Below, one piece after another: positions 40,830 to 49,309 of a stretch of DNA of 64,000 nt. The stretch is from a virus: IMG/VR virus record IMGVR_UViG_3300035670_000113, positions 1 to 64,000 of that record, one strand, 5' to 3'. The notes under the pieces were generated by a model. It saw only the letters and a list, made by a program, of their open reading frames with translations, was not told the origin of the DNA and did no database searches. Position 1 is the first letter of the stretch, and the number at the start of each line of letters is the position of its first letter. The position numbers and the translations under genes are program-made.

Positions 40830-41465
40830 TCATGCGTTATTCTTCCTTGTTTCTGCAGTAAGATCAACAAAAGTCTCTGTTCTTCCCAAATCAAACCCAT
40901 ATGTTAGCCACATTGAGTGAAACTGTGCCGAAGAATATTTATAAATAAGTTGTGAAGGGATTTCATCTTTTCGTTCAAAAATCGTATTTTCTCTGCTGTT
41001 TACTCTTGAAACAATATCTGGAGTAATGTATGCAATTCTGGATGTTGGAATAATTTTCTCACAACCTCTCTTTATCCAATTAATAGATGTTGCAGAGTAA
41101 TCAGCATTAATAAGAAATGCAAACGGCTTATTATATTCAAACGCTTTCTCAATAAATAGGTCCTTTATCGAGAATGGGGGATTGGTTATAATACAGTCTA
41201 TACTGGACAGCTCACTATCTTCCAAAGTTTCTGTTATAAAATTAAACTGCCTATCAATTATGTCTGGTTCAAATCGAATGTCTGTAGTATAAACACCGTA
41301 TCTTTTAGTACCTTCCAAGCGCACGGCTATTTTACCACCACCCGCCGCACATTCCCAAATTGTGCCAACATTTTTAGGAATGAAGGGAATAAGTAAGTCA
41401 ACAGCATAATTAGGCGTTTCAAATGTATCCCTGCCTTGCACGCTTTCGGGCGTTTTGGGGGGCAT
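40830..41465 (-). CDS. Phage adenine DNA methyltransferase
   Basis: DTFETP, WECAAGGG, IITNPPFS. Confidence 0.8.
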   Translation of the reverse strand: MPPKTPESVQGRDTFETPNYAVDLLIPFIPKNVGTIWECAAGGGKIAVRLEGTKRYGVYTTDIRFEPDIIDRQFNFITETLEDSELSSIDCIITNPPFSIKDLFIEKAFEYNKPFAFLINADYSATSINWIKRGCEKIIPTSRIAYITPDIVSRVNSRENTIFERKDEIPSQLIYKYSSAQFHSMWLTYGFDLGRTETFVDLTAETRKNNA

Positions 41466-41538
41466 GGTAATGCCTTTTTTAGTGCGTAATTTGTAAGAAA
41501 ATTCGGGCATTTTGGTGAAAATTCCTTTGCTTTAACCC

Positions 41539-41567
41539 TTGACAAATGGGTGATTTTGTGCTATAAT
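41539..41567 (+). promoter_or_regulatory. Sigma70-type promoter for tRNA array
   Basis: TTGACA-17-TATAAT with extended -10 TG. Confidence 0.8.
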
Positions 41568-41607
41568 AGGCACATCGTTAGAAAGTAAATTACCCAACGA
41601 TGAACCA

Positions 41608-41636
41608 ATTATACACCATTTTAATGATTTTGTCAA
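41608..41636 (-). promoter_or_regulatory. Sigma70-type promoter for the minus-strand nucleotide/methylase block
   Basis: TTTACCC-TTGACA-17-TATAAT on the minus strand. Confidence 0.8.
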
Positions 41637-41652
41637 GGGTAAAAAACAAAGT

Positions 41653-41724
41653 GCCTCGGTAGTTCAGTGGTAGAACATCATACTTGTAATATGATTGTCA
41701 GAGGTTCGATTCCTCTTCGAGGCT
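41653..41724 (+). tRNA. tRNA-Thr(TGT)
   Basis: Cloverleaf, loop CTTGTAA. Confidence 0.9.
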
Positions 41725-42083
41725 CCTAAGTGGTGTGGTCAACATTCTATGGAGAGATATTTCTCTAAAAATGACAAAGACCATATATACAAAATCGTTG
41801 AGCCTGAGTAAGCCAACAGCCACAACTAGAGTATCAGAGAGGTAATAATATGGATGAAAAAGTCTACTCTGGTGTTATACACGAGATTAAAGATGGTAAA
41901 GTACACCACTGCATAACCATCACTATAACACAATATAGTAACTCAAAAATGCCTGAGAAGATAGATGATGGCTTCAAGTTAATTAGCAAGTCATCCAAGA
42001 AAGTTGGGTTTCTGGAAGTTAATGGAATTTACTTCTCTGGAACTGTACATACTTTTATATTCAAAAAGTATCTGGATTGATAT

Positions 42084-42156
42084 GTATCCTTAGCTCATGT
42101 AGTAGAGCACCTTCCTGAAGAGAAGGGGGTGGCTAGTGCAAGTCTAGCAGGATACA
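42084..42156 (+). tRNA. tRNA-Phe(GAA)
   Basis: Loop CTGAAGA; T loop TGCAAGT. Confidence 0.8.
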
Positions 42157-42189
42157 CAAGAGCAGTAATACACTGCTCGAAGGAGTACC

Positions 42190-42549
42190 ATGTTACCAAA
42201 GTATCACTATGAAATTGATGCTAACACTGGGAACGAAATTAAAGTTAGAAATTATCAATGCCCTACAGGTTGTAGTGTAGGCATAGCAGACTATCTCTGC
42301 TTTACAATAAACACTGGTAAGGCCACAATTACTACAACACCTTCAAACCTATACAATGATACAGAGGAGTGTTTAAAGATTATTATAAGAAATACTTCTA
42401 AAAAGACTGTAAAGATTGGAGGACCACTTTCACAGGATTTATCCCTGCTTCAAAATGCTGTAATAGAAATACCTATAAACAGTGTAAGTAAGGTATTTCT
42501 AAGAACTGATAGTGGTAGTACAATAGTAGAGTATATGATTTTAGGGTGA
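42190..42549 (+). CDS. Hypothetical beta-rich protein
   Basis: AAGGAG RBS, 119 aa. Confidence 0.55.
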   Translation: MLPKYHYEIDANTGNEIKVRNYQCPTGCSVGIADYLCFTINTGKATITTTPSNLYNDTEECLKIIIRNTSKKTVKIGGPLSQDLSLLQNAVIEIPINSVSKVFLRTDSGSTIVEYMILG

Positions 42550-42555
42550 GTTACT

Positions 42556-42626
42556 GGGCGATTGATGTAACGGGAGCCTGATTGCTTTGCAAGCAATTCG
42601 TAAGAGTTCGATTCTCTTATCGTCCA
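42556..42626 (+). tRNA. tRNA-Ala(TGC)
   Basis: Loop TTTGCAA; G3:U70 pair present. Confidence 0.85.
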
Positions 42627-42627
42627 C

Positions 42628-42837
42628 TAGTCTAATAGCATCGGCTGAGAAACTAGGACAACACTCAGTTTGTTGCCCAGGCAATAAGTACGGTAGTCAT
42701 CGAAGGTAATCTGCAAAGATATTCCTCCTAGTAGTAAGAGGTAATCCCTGATGGCAAAAGGAGTGAGTTTGCTACAATAACAATAATCTCCGCCTACAAG
42801 AAAGGGTAAGCCGACCTGTAAAGTGTAAGCAGGATTA
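42628..42837 (+). ncRNA. Structured ncRNA candidate A (~210 nt)
   Basis: Fills the Ala-His spacer; TCGGCT/AGCCGA long-range helix, GCAA tetraloop, ACTAGGA/TCCTAGT complement. Confidence 0.5.
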
Positions 42838-42838
42838 T

Positions 42839-42911
42839 GGTGGCTAGCGTATAAATGGTAGTACACTCGTCTGTGAAACGAGAGGTGAGGGATCGTTACC
42901 CTCTGGCCGCC
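42839..42911 (+). tRNA. tRNA-His(GTG)
   Basis: Loop CTGTGAA; G-1 and C73. Confidence 0.85.
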
Positions 42912-43436
42912 CCTTGAGCTTTAAGGCTCAGAGAAAGGGATAACCAATGTTAGCTGTCTTGTACGTTTCAATCAGTATAGGTGTATTTATAGCATACTTA
43001 CTTGATATGGAAGGGCCTTTTGAAGGACTGCCAAAAACAATTTTTAATATACTAGGAAACTTTGTTGAGGCGTTCTTCTGGCCCATCACACTTTACATGC
43101 ATATCTTTAAAAAGATTTGGGGTGATGAATGAAAAAAGACGCATTTCAAGTAGGCTACGATGTAAAAAGTAGTGTAATCACTGTTTTATCTCTGATTGGA
43201 ATGATAGTATTATGTGTTGGAGCATTTTTAATTATATCATTTTTTGCTACACAGTTTCAATACTACACTCATCAGCCTGAGATGAACTATGTTGTATCAA
43301 TTCCAAAAACAATTATAGGAGCACACTAATGAGAACTAAAATCGCTTGGTGCAAAAGATGTAATTCATATAGAGTCTTTATTAAGATTGGATCTATTTGG
43401 AACTGCAGAGTTTGCGGAGAACAAAAATAGAAAGAT

Positions 43437-43509
43437 GCTCCTATCTTCTAATGGACAGGAAACTAGACTCTCAATCTAGGAATCGTGGGTTCAACTCCCC
43501 GTAGGAGCA
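43437..43509 (+). tRNA. tRNA-Glu(CTC)
   Basis: Loop CTCTCAA; bulged T stem. Confidence 0.8.
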
Positions 43510-43684
43510 CACAAATATAAAATGTTCTTTTGGTATAATATATAGGAGATAGAATGTTAAACTTAATAAGAAACTTCATTAAGGCATACAAAGAAGCATG
43601 GCTTGAAGAGAAGGTTATCTTTATAGCCCTGTGCATATTCTTTATTGTTATCGTAGTTTTAGAAACCAGATTTTAGTGGTAAAT

Positions 43685-43757
43685 GCTCCCTTCGTCTAGT
43701 GGTTAGGACATCTCCCTTTCAAGGAGAAGATGGTGGGTTCGACCCCCACAGGGAGCA
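43685..43757 (+). tRNA. tRNA-Glu(TTC)
   Basis: Loop CTTTCAA. Confidence 0.9.
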
Positions 43758-43775
43758 CTGAAGCATGTAAGACAT

Positions 43776-43848
43776 TGACGACTAGTTCAATTGGCGGAAC
43801 GCCTGTCTCTGGAACAGGAGGCTCCAGGTTCGATCCCTGGGTCGTCAG
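43776..43848 (+). tRNA. tRNA-Gln(CTG)
   Basis: Loop CTCTGGA. Confidence 0.9.
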
Positions 43849-44028
43849 CTTGGGAGTGACAATGTTACTGTAGTAAAGTCTGCATACAAGTCCTTGTGGC
43901 TTAGACTCCCAAATCGAAAATCTGTAAATCCACTATGCATAATCCTGAATAGTGGATTTACAGGCTAATGGATAACATCTTCACTACATCATATCTTATT
44001 ATAATTGAGTACAAGAAAGGAAAAACTA

Positions 44029-44295
44029 ATGTATAAAATCGAGTTCGCTCATTTCCCTAACGAGGGTGGATCTGGAAAGTTTCAAGAAAATGGTAATACG
44101 CTCAAGTATGTTGGACATACTACGTGTGTAATCCTAAAAGGTGAAGAATTAATCTCCACTGGTAAAGCATTTTGTGGAGAAAAGGATAAGTATAACAAGG
44201 AAAAAGGTCGTAAAGTGGCTCTTTCCAGGGCTATTAAAAACCTTGATAGAGATACAAGAACCACTATTTGGAATGAGTACTTTTGCAGAAAGTAA
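44029..44295 (+). CDS. Small phage protein resembling the gp49/gp66 (Acb4-like) family
   Basis: TTCVI...TGKAFC..D.Y...GRKVAL.RA. Confidence 0.4.
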   Translation: MYKIEFAHFPNEGGSGKFQENGNTLKYVGHTTCVILKGEELISTGKAFCGEKDKYNKEKGRKVALSRAIKNLDRDTRTTIWNEYFCRK

Positions 44296-44304
44296 AATAC
44301 TGAT

Positions 44305-44378
44305 GGGTCTGTAGCTCAATTGGCTAGAGCAAGTGCCTCTTAAGCATTAGGTTCAGAGTTCAAATCTCTGCAGACTCA
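44305..44378 (+). tRNA. tRNA-Lys(CTT)
   Basis: Loop CTCTTAA. Confidence 0.9.
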
Positions 44379-44394
44379 CTTAAGGATATATAAG

Positions 44395-44661
44395 ATGTCA
44401 TTACTTCAAGAAGTCAGAGACTATAAAGATGTTATTACTTTTGGTAAGTATAAAGGTCATACCTACAGATACATTATTGATATTGACCCATCCTATATTG
44501 ACTGGCTAGATTCCCAAGAAATTGTAAAACTTCCAGCAAGGATGATGAAAAAAGTATTACATAATAAAAAAGAAAATGACATATTCTACGATGTAGATAT
44601 TAGTCATGCTGACGATGACATTATTAATGGTGGATGTGACCCGAATATGTGGGGGGATTAA
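44395..44661 (+). CDS. FGKYKG-motif small protein (DUF3820/ExoX C-terminal-like)
   Basis: ITFGKYKG...DPSYIDWL. Confidence 0.6.
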   Translation: MSLLQEVRDYKDVITFGKYKGHTYRYIIDIDPSYIDWLDSQEIVKLPARMMKKVLHNKKENDIFYDVDISHADDDIINGGCDPNMWGD

Positions 44662-44681
44662 TACACCATAAATCATCTTAT

Positions 44682-44753
44682 GCTCCTGTAGGTTAATGGA
44701 TAACCGCTTCGCTACGGACGAAGAATCTGCGAGTTCGATCCTTGCCAGGAGCT
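44682..44753 (+). tRNA. tRNA-Arg(ACG)
   Basis: Loop CTACGGA. Confidence 0.85.
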
Positions 44754-44765
44754 CAGTTAAATAAT

Positions 44766-44852
44766 GGAGAGTTGGCCGAGCGGTAAGGCTCTCGTCTTGA
44801 AAACGAGTGACATCTGTAAAAGGGTGCAGGGGTTCAATTCCTCTACTCTCCG
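44766..44852 (+). tRNA. tRNA-Ser(TGA)
   Basis: Loop CTTGAAA, long variable arm. Confidence 0.9.
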
Positions 44853-44856
44853 CCTT

Positions 44857-45108
44857 GTATCACATTTAGTAAGCAATCTAATCACAGAAGGTTGCTGAAA
44901 ATCAAGTAAGAAAAGAAAGTCTTACATGCACCAGGCATACCATTAAGATGTATGTATACTATATTAAGTTTAACTGTGAGTGTGACTTATTATAGGGTTA
45001 TCAGGCTGTGACGCTTGAGATTCTACCAAAAATTCAGGTAACGACTGGAAAATGGTAGACGGTTACTAGAATCCGATGCCTTGAAATAAGGTGAGTGCAG
45101 TGTGATAC
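44857..45108 (+). ncRNA. Structured ncRNA candidate B (~250 nt)
   Basis: Terminal helix GTATCACAT/GTGTGATAC; at least five internal hairpins; no ORF. Confidence 0.6.
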
Positions 45109-45110
45109 TT

Positions 45111-45195
45111 GGAAGATTGCCCGACCGGTAAGGGCTCGGTTTGCTAAACCGAAGGCATCCGTAAGGGTGAATAGGTTCGATTCCTATATCTTCCG
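45111..45195 (+). tRNA. tRNA-Ser(GCT)
   Basis: Loop TTGCTAA, long variable arm. Confidence 0.9.
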
Positions 45196-45241
45196 CCTAA
45201 AAGACTAATAAGACAAAGATTGTCAAATTTCAAATTTACCC

Positions 45242-45270
45242 TTGACATGGCAAACATGTTGTGGTATACT
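45242..45270 (+). promoter_or_regulatory. Sigma70-type promoter
   Basis: TTTACCC-TTGACA-17-TATACT. Confidence 0.75.
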
Positions 45271-45334
45271 AGGGGTATGTGGACGAAATGACCACCCCGC
45301 CTTTGGTGCAAACTGGGAATGGAAGTCCACATTA

Positions 45335-45408
45335 GCAGAAGTGGTGAAGTGGTATAACACGCTCGTCTGATAAGCGAGTATACGCAGGTCCGAATCCTGC
45401 CTTCTGCA
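45335..45408 (+). tRNA. tRNA-Ile(GAT)
   Basis: Loop CTGATAA. Confidence 0.85.
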
Positions 45409-45409
45409 C

Positions 45410-45712
45410 TAATGTCTGTGTGCCAGACTATAAAAGAACGTCCTACGGTTGAAATGGGATGTGTGGAGGTCTAACATACACAGGCTGTAAGTAACTCTGT
45501 AGTGATATTGGCAGAAGAAGAGATGCAAATTAGACCAGCATCTACTGCGCTCACATTCGGTAGCAATTAAACATGGTTAGTAGGCGAATGTGTGGGGTAG
45601 ACATCCCCCCAAGACGGTGATAATTACAGGCCAGTAATTTGAGTCTTGTGAACCAGAATAATCATAGACAGAGTGAAAGCTAGGAGGCCTTACAAGCTTC
45701 CCACAGACATTA
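45410..45712 (+). ncRNA. Structured ncRNA candidate C (~300 nt)
   Basis: 11-bp terminal helix TAATGTCTGTG/CACAGACATTA; GGGATGT/ACATCCC; CACATTCG/CGAATGTG; GGTCTAA/TTAGACC loop-loop complement. Confidence 0.7.
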
Positions 45713-45716
45713 ACAT

Positions 45717-45789
45717 GCTCCAGTAACTCAATGGTCAGAGTACCGCTCTTATAAGGCGTTAGTTGTAGGTTCGACTCCTACTTGGAGCA
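45717..45789 (+). tRNA. tRNA-Ile(TAT)
   Basis: Loop CTTATAA. Confidence 0.85.
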
Positions 45790-45803
45790 CAGAAAGGAAA
45801 TCT

Positions 45804-45971
45804 ATGAACACTCATCCAACAGAAGGAGGTTTATTGAGATATCCTGAAACAGGTGGTTTTTACGAAGAGATTCCGTGTACTTGCAAGGAGGATTGTAACG
45901 ATCCTTGTAGGGGAGAATGTGGTTGTAGAGCATGTGTTAATGCTTATATAGATGTCCTGGAGTATGATTAA
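45804..45971 (+). CDS. 55-aa Cys-rich peptide
   Basis: AAAGGA RBS; CTCKEDCNDPCRGECGCRAC. Confidence 0.6.
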   Translation: MNTHPTEGGLLRYPETGGFYEEIPCTCKEDCNDPCRGECGCRACVNAYIDVLEYD

Positions 45972-46048
45972 AGGCAATGTACAAGACTACGAACAGCAAA
46001 CTAAAAAAATTTTCCAGTCAATGAAAAAAAATAAAAGTAGTCTGTTTT

Positions 46049-46134
46049 GGGTAGAAGGCGAATATGGTTTGTCGCACCTGACTGTAAATCAGACGAGGCT
46101 CGGCCTCATGCAAGTTCGACTCTTGCTCTGCCCA
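46049..46134 (+). tRNA. tRNA-Tyr(GTA)
   Basis: Loop CTGTAAA, long variable arm. Confidence 0.85.
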
Positions 46135-46199
46135 CATGTATTATTAATATTAATATATATTCAGGAGATGTGTCTTATGTACCAATATCAGGACACTCT

Positions 46200-46274
46200 G
46201 CAACCTTGATGGGAATTGGCATACCTGGGTCCCTCAAAAGCTCCCGTTTACTGGTTCGAATCCAGTAGGTTGCA
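46200..46274 (+). tRNA. tRNA-Leu(CAA), atypical (short variable arm, mismatched anticodon stem)
   Basis: GCAACCT/AGGTTGC, loop CTCAAAA, TTCGAAT. Confidence 0.65.
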
Positions 46275-46295
46275 CTTATTGGCACTGCAATAAAA

Positions 46296-46369
46296 GCTCC
46301 CTTAGCTCAATTGGACAGAGCACTTCGGTCCTAACGAAGAGGTCACAGGTTCAAATCCTGTAGAGAGCA
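46296..46369 (+). tRNA. tRNA-Arg(CCT)
   Basis: Loop GTCCTAA. Confidence 0.85.
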
Positions 46370-46584
46370 CCAAGAAAGGAGATGCTATGAAAATTTTTAT
46401 GGTGATAATATACTTTCCATTGTTTGTAGTATTCTTTCCCTGGATTGTAGCATACAAACTTGCTATCAAAAATACACGTATTGATTATAATCTTAGTTAT
46501 CCAATGACAATTATAGTCATAGGATATGTAGCTCAGATGGTTTATTTTGCAACGATTTTCTACGTGTTTTTGCATTAGTAAAAT

Positions 46585-46670
46585 GCTCTTGTGGCGGAAT
46601 TGGTAGACGCAACTGACTTAAAATCAGTCGGGAAATTAGTACCGTAAGGGTTCGAGTCCCTTCTTGAGCA
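46585..46670 (+). tRNA. tRNA-Leu(TAA)
   Basis: Loop CTTAAAA, variable arm; two U-U mismatches in the acceptor stem. Confidence 0.85.
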
Positions 46671-46684
46671 CAGAAATGATAAAT

Positions 46685-46758
46685 GGCCCATTGGTCGAGA
46701 TGGATAAGGCACTTCTCTGTCACGGAAGAAACCAGGGGTTCGAGTCCCCTATGGGCCG
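46685..46758 (+). tRNA. tRNA-Asp(GTC)
   Basis: Loop CTGTCAC. Confidence 0.9.
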
Positions 46759-46987
46759 CCTTTAGTAAGTATTTATAAACAGTAAAAGGAGACTTATGAA
46801 AACATTTTTAGTTCTATTAGGTATCTATATTACATTCGGATATGTATTTTCCATATCATATCTTTATGATGTATCAAGAACATGGAACGCACATTTTGTA
46901 GGAAGAACAACACGAGAAGTTAAATTGATGGCCATTAAGAAAGCTATAATGATGGTTGTAATGTGGCCGGTTCTTTACAAATAAGAT

Positions 46988-47058
46988 GGCTAGGTAAGCT
47001 AATGGTAAACTGCTGATCTCCAAAATCAGTTTTCAGGGTTCGAGTCCTTGTCTGGCCG
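46988..47058 (+). tRNA. tRNA-Trp(CCA)
   Basis: Loop CTCCAAA. Confidence 0.85.
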
Positions 47059-47259
47059 CTATTAGAAAGGAGCATATATGAATCAGTATCCTAAGGATTT
47101 ACGTGATAAGCAACAGAAAAAGTTTTTAGAGAAGGGGGAAGAAGCCAGAAAAGAGTACCTGTTTCATAAGAAGTATAAGGTGGCTGTAAAACTGTCTGCA
47201 CTGATTATATTCATTATGTTTATTATCAGAATCGTTATAGAAAATTAAAAATTTATTAA

Positions 47260-47331
47260 TCCCGTCTAGCTCAATGGCAGAGCAGGAAGCTGTTAACTTC
47301 AAGGTTTGAGGTTCAAGTCCTCAGATGGGAG
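47260..47331 (+). tRNA. tRNA-Asn(GTT)
   Basis: Loop CTGTTAA. Confidence 0.9.
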
Positions 47332-47335
47332 CTAA

Positions 47336-47409
47336 GGACTCGTAGTTCAGTTGGTTAGAATGTCTCTTTTACACAGAGAGGGTCGGGAGTTCGAGTCTCT
47401 CCGAGTCCA
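47336..47409 (+). tRNA. tRNA-Val(TAC)
   Basis: Loop TTTACAC. Confidence 0.9.
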
Positions 47410-47539
47410 CCTATATCAAAAAGAAAGGATTCTCTATGAAAGAAATCTACAAAAATCTCGATAATATTATCATATCCACTCTTATATTCATCACAGGAGT
47501 AGGCACGTTTCTGATGTTTAGATATGTTATCTAGTATAG

Positions 47540-47610
47540 TCTCCTATCGTATAATGGAAGTATGCTTTGCTTTGAACAAAGAGGCCTCGGTTCAATTCCC
47601 TGTAGGAGAG
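47540..47610 (+). tRNA. tRNA-Gln(TTG)
   Basis: Loop CTTTGAA; weak T stem. Confidence 0.75.
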
Positions 47611-47898
47611 CCTTTACACAATAGGAAGGAGTTATCATGGCAATTCTAGTTTTGCTAGTTATTATTGTGGTACTTTTGTTTCTAGCCTACCTGTATTTAT
47701 TCAAGAAATATTGGGACAAATGAAAACCATTAAGTATATTGACCCACCAGAAGGATGGAAATATGGATTTCCAAAAAAACTTCCTGATAAGATTAAGAAT
47801 AAAGACATTAACAATTGGTTAATATCTCAAGGATATCCTAAGGAACTAATAGAATCCTATGGTGACAGTTTTATAGTAAGTTACTGGACATCGAATAA

Positions 47899-47972
47899 GC
47901 CTCCATAACTCAACTGGCTAGAGTATCTGCCTTTTAAGCAGGAAGTTCAGAGTTCAAATCTCTGTGGAGGCA
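47899..47972 (+). tRNA. tRNA-Lys(TTT)
   Basis: Loop CTTTTAA. Confidence 0.9.
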
Positions 47973-47976
47973 CTAT

Positions 47977-48049
<73 letters not shown>

Positions 48050-48107
48050 CAATTATTAGAATTTCATTAGAATTGTGAAAGTCATATGAAATTGCCCCAC
48101 TTTACCC

Positions 48108-48136
48108 TTGACAAAATTGAAATTTGATGGTATAAT
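48108..48136 (+). promoter_or_regulatory. Sigma70-type promoter
   Basis: TTTACCC-TTGACA-17-TATAAT with extended -10. Confidence 0.8.
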
Positions 48137-48164
48137 AGGACATATAGGACGGCAGAAATAGGGC

Positions 48165-48245
48165 ATATATTAATTAATATATTAATTAATATATTAATTA
48201 ATATATTAATTAATAAGCGGAATAATAAAATTTATTATTCCGCTT
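48165..48245. repeat. (ATATATTAATTA)x4 tandem repeat followed by a 15-bp inverted repeat
   Basis: Four exact 12-mers at 48165-48212; AAGCGGAATAATAAA-A-TTTATTATTCCGCTT. Confidence 0.9.
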
Positions 48246-48295
48246 GATAAAAAAAAATAAAAAAAAAGAAGAAGAAAGTGATTTTTATTTTACCC

Positions 48296-48324
48296 TTGAC
48301 ATATTTTAAAAATTGTGGTATAAT
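48296..48324 (+). promoter_or_regulatory. Sigma70-type promoter
   Basis: TTTACCC-TTGACA-17-TATAAT with extended -10. Confidence 0.8.
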
Positions 48325-48357
48325 ATATACATAATAAAAAATGAAAGGAAGTAAAAA

Positions 48358-48600
48358 ATGATTCGTTCAAGTATTCACTCAAACCAGTTTATTATTGCAT
48401 CTGTCTATTACAGCGGTAAAACAGCTCATTTCTCTGTATCTGATAATCCTGTTATTCATGAGAGTTACTCAGAGGCTCTTAAGGAAGCTCAGCGTCTAGC
48501 ATCTAAGTTTAATGGTAAAAAGTTTGTTGTACTTGCTATAGCCGCTATTGCTGAATTAGCTCCTGTAAGTACTCCGGTAATAACCACTTATTCACTTTAG
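48358..48600 (+). CDS. Small phage protein
   Basis: AAAGGA RBS; PVIHES..EA..EAQRLA motif. Confidence 0.65.
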   Translation: MIRSSIHSNQFIIASVYYSGKTAHFSVSDNPVIHESYSEALKEAQRLASKFNGKKFVVLAIAAIAELAPVSTPVITTYSL

Positions 48601-48898
48601 TTTACAAACATTGGTGACTGAAAGAAATCTTGACTTCGGGAACAAGGTATTTCCATAAGAATCATACTACATGGAAAGTAGGGAAGATAGGAAAGGGTAA
48701 GGTGCTGGTAAAGATATTCTTAGGACAGTAGAATTCCTAAGATCACAGGCAATGTGTATCTCACGAAGTTACACAGTACATGTAAAACCATGTCATCACG
48801 ATAAAAAGAAATTGCTACTCTTTTTGTGATGTGACCGAATACCTGGAACTTCTATCATAATCTTGCAGTTAGTGACGCAACTGCCCAATGTTTATAAA
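48601..48898 (+). ncRNA. Structured ncRNA candidate D (~300 nt)
   Basis: Terminal helix AAACATTGG/CCAATGTTT; about seven hairpins; ACTTCG/CGAAGT loop-loop complement. Confidence 0.7.
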
Positions 48899-48899
48899 T

Positions 48900-48974
48900 C
48901 GAGGAGTAGCTCAGTCCGGCTAGAGCACTTGCTTTGGGAGCAAGGGGTCGCAGGTTCAAATCCTGTTTCCTCGA
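48900..48974 (+). tRNA. tRNA-Pro(TGG)
   Basis: Loop TTTGGGA. Confidence 0.9.
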
Positions 48975-49166
48975 CAGTACATATTTTCAAGGAGATATTA
49001 GATGATTAATAAAAATCAAATTGTAACAATTATTCTATCAGTAATTTTACTGGGTGCTGGAATTGCTACTTTTGTAGTGACCAAGAATGATGCACTTTCA
49101 AATGAGCTTATGATTGGGTCTATGATATTTGTAGTGATTACCTTATTTCTAAAACAGTAGATTGAT

Positions 49167-49223
49167 TGATTGCTTACAGCAAATACTACTCTTTGGCTTC
49201 ATGTCAAGTATAGGGGCAATCAG
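49167..49223 (+). ncRNA. ACAGCAA module 1
   Basis: GATTGC-TT-ACAGCAA...TTTGG-CTTCATG-TCAAG...GCAATC-AG. Confidence 0.7.
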
Positions 49224-49234
49224 TAAAATAACTT

Positions 49235-49306
49235 AGCGGGTGGTGGGCAAGGAGTCCAAAGAGCCTCATAAGCTCTTATAGCACAATTCAATTTTGTGAC
49301 CCGCTA
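49235..49306 (+). tRNA. tRNA-Met(CAT)
   Basis: AGCGGGT/ACCCGCT, loop CTCATAA. Confidence 0.8.
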
Positions 49307-49309
49307 CAT

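Noticed and set aside
45410-45712. raiA-motif RNA (GGTTGAAA and AGGCGAATGTGTGGGG resemble my recollection of it)
   Set aside because: Only two short words match and the helices I can see differ; needs cmscan to decide
45952-46268. ORFs overlapping tRNA-Tyr/Leu, and similar antisense ORFs over tRNAs and large genes
   Set aside because: Shadow ORFs with no RBS or motifs
48165-48212. Tandem repeat as a CRISPR or TIGR-like guide array
   Set aside because: The units are contiguous with no spacers, and no Cas or Nop-domain gene is seen
49192-49208. TCA or TTA anticodon-like loops (here, ~49548 and ~56274) as suppressor tRNAs implying stop-codon recoding
   Set aside because: They are not in complete cloverleafs, and long genes terminate normally at TAA, TAG and TGA
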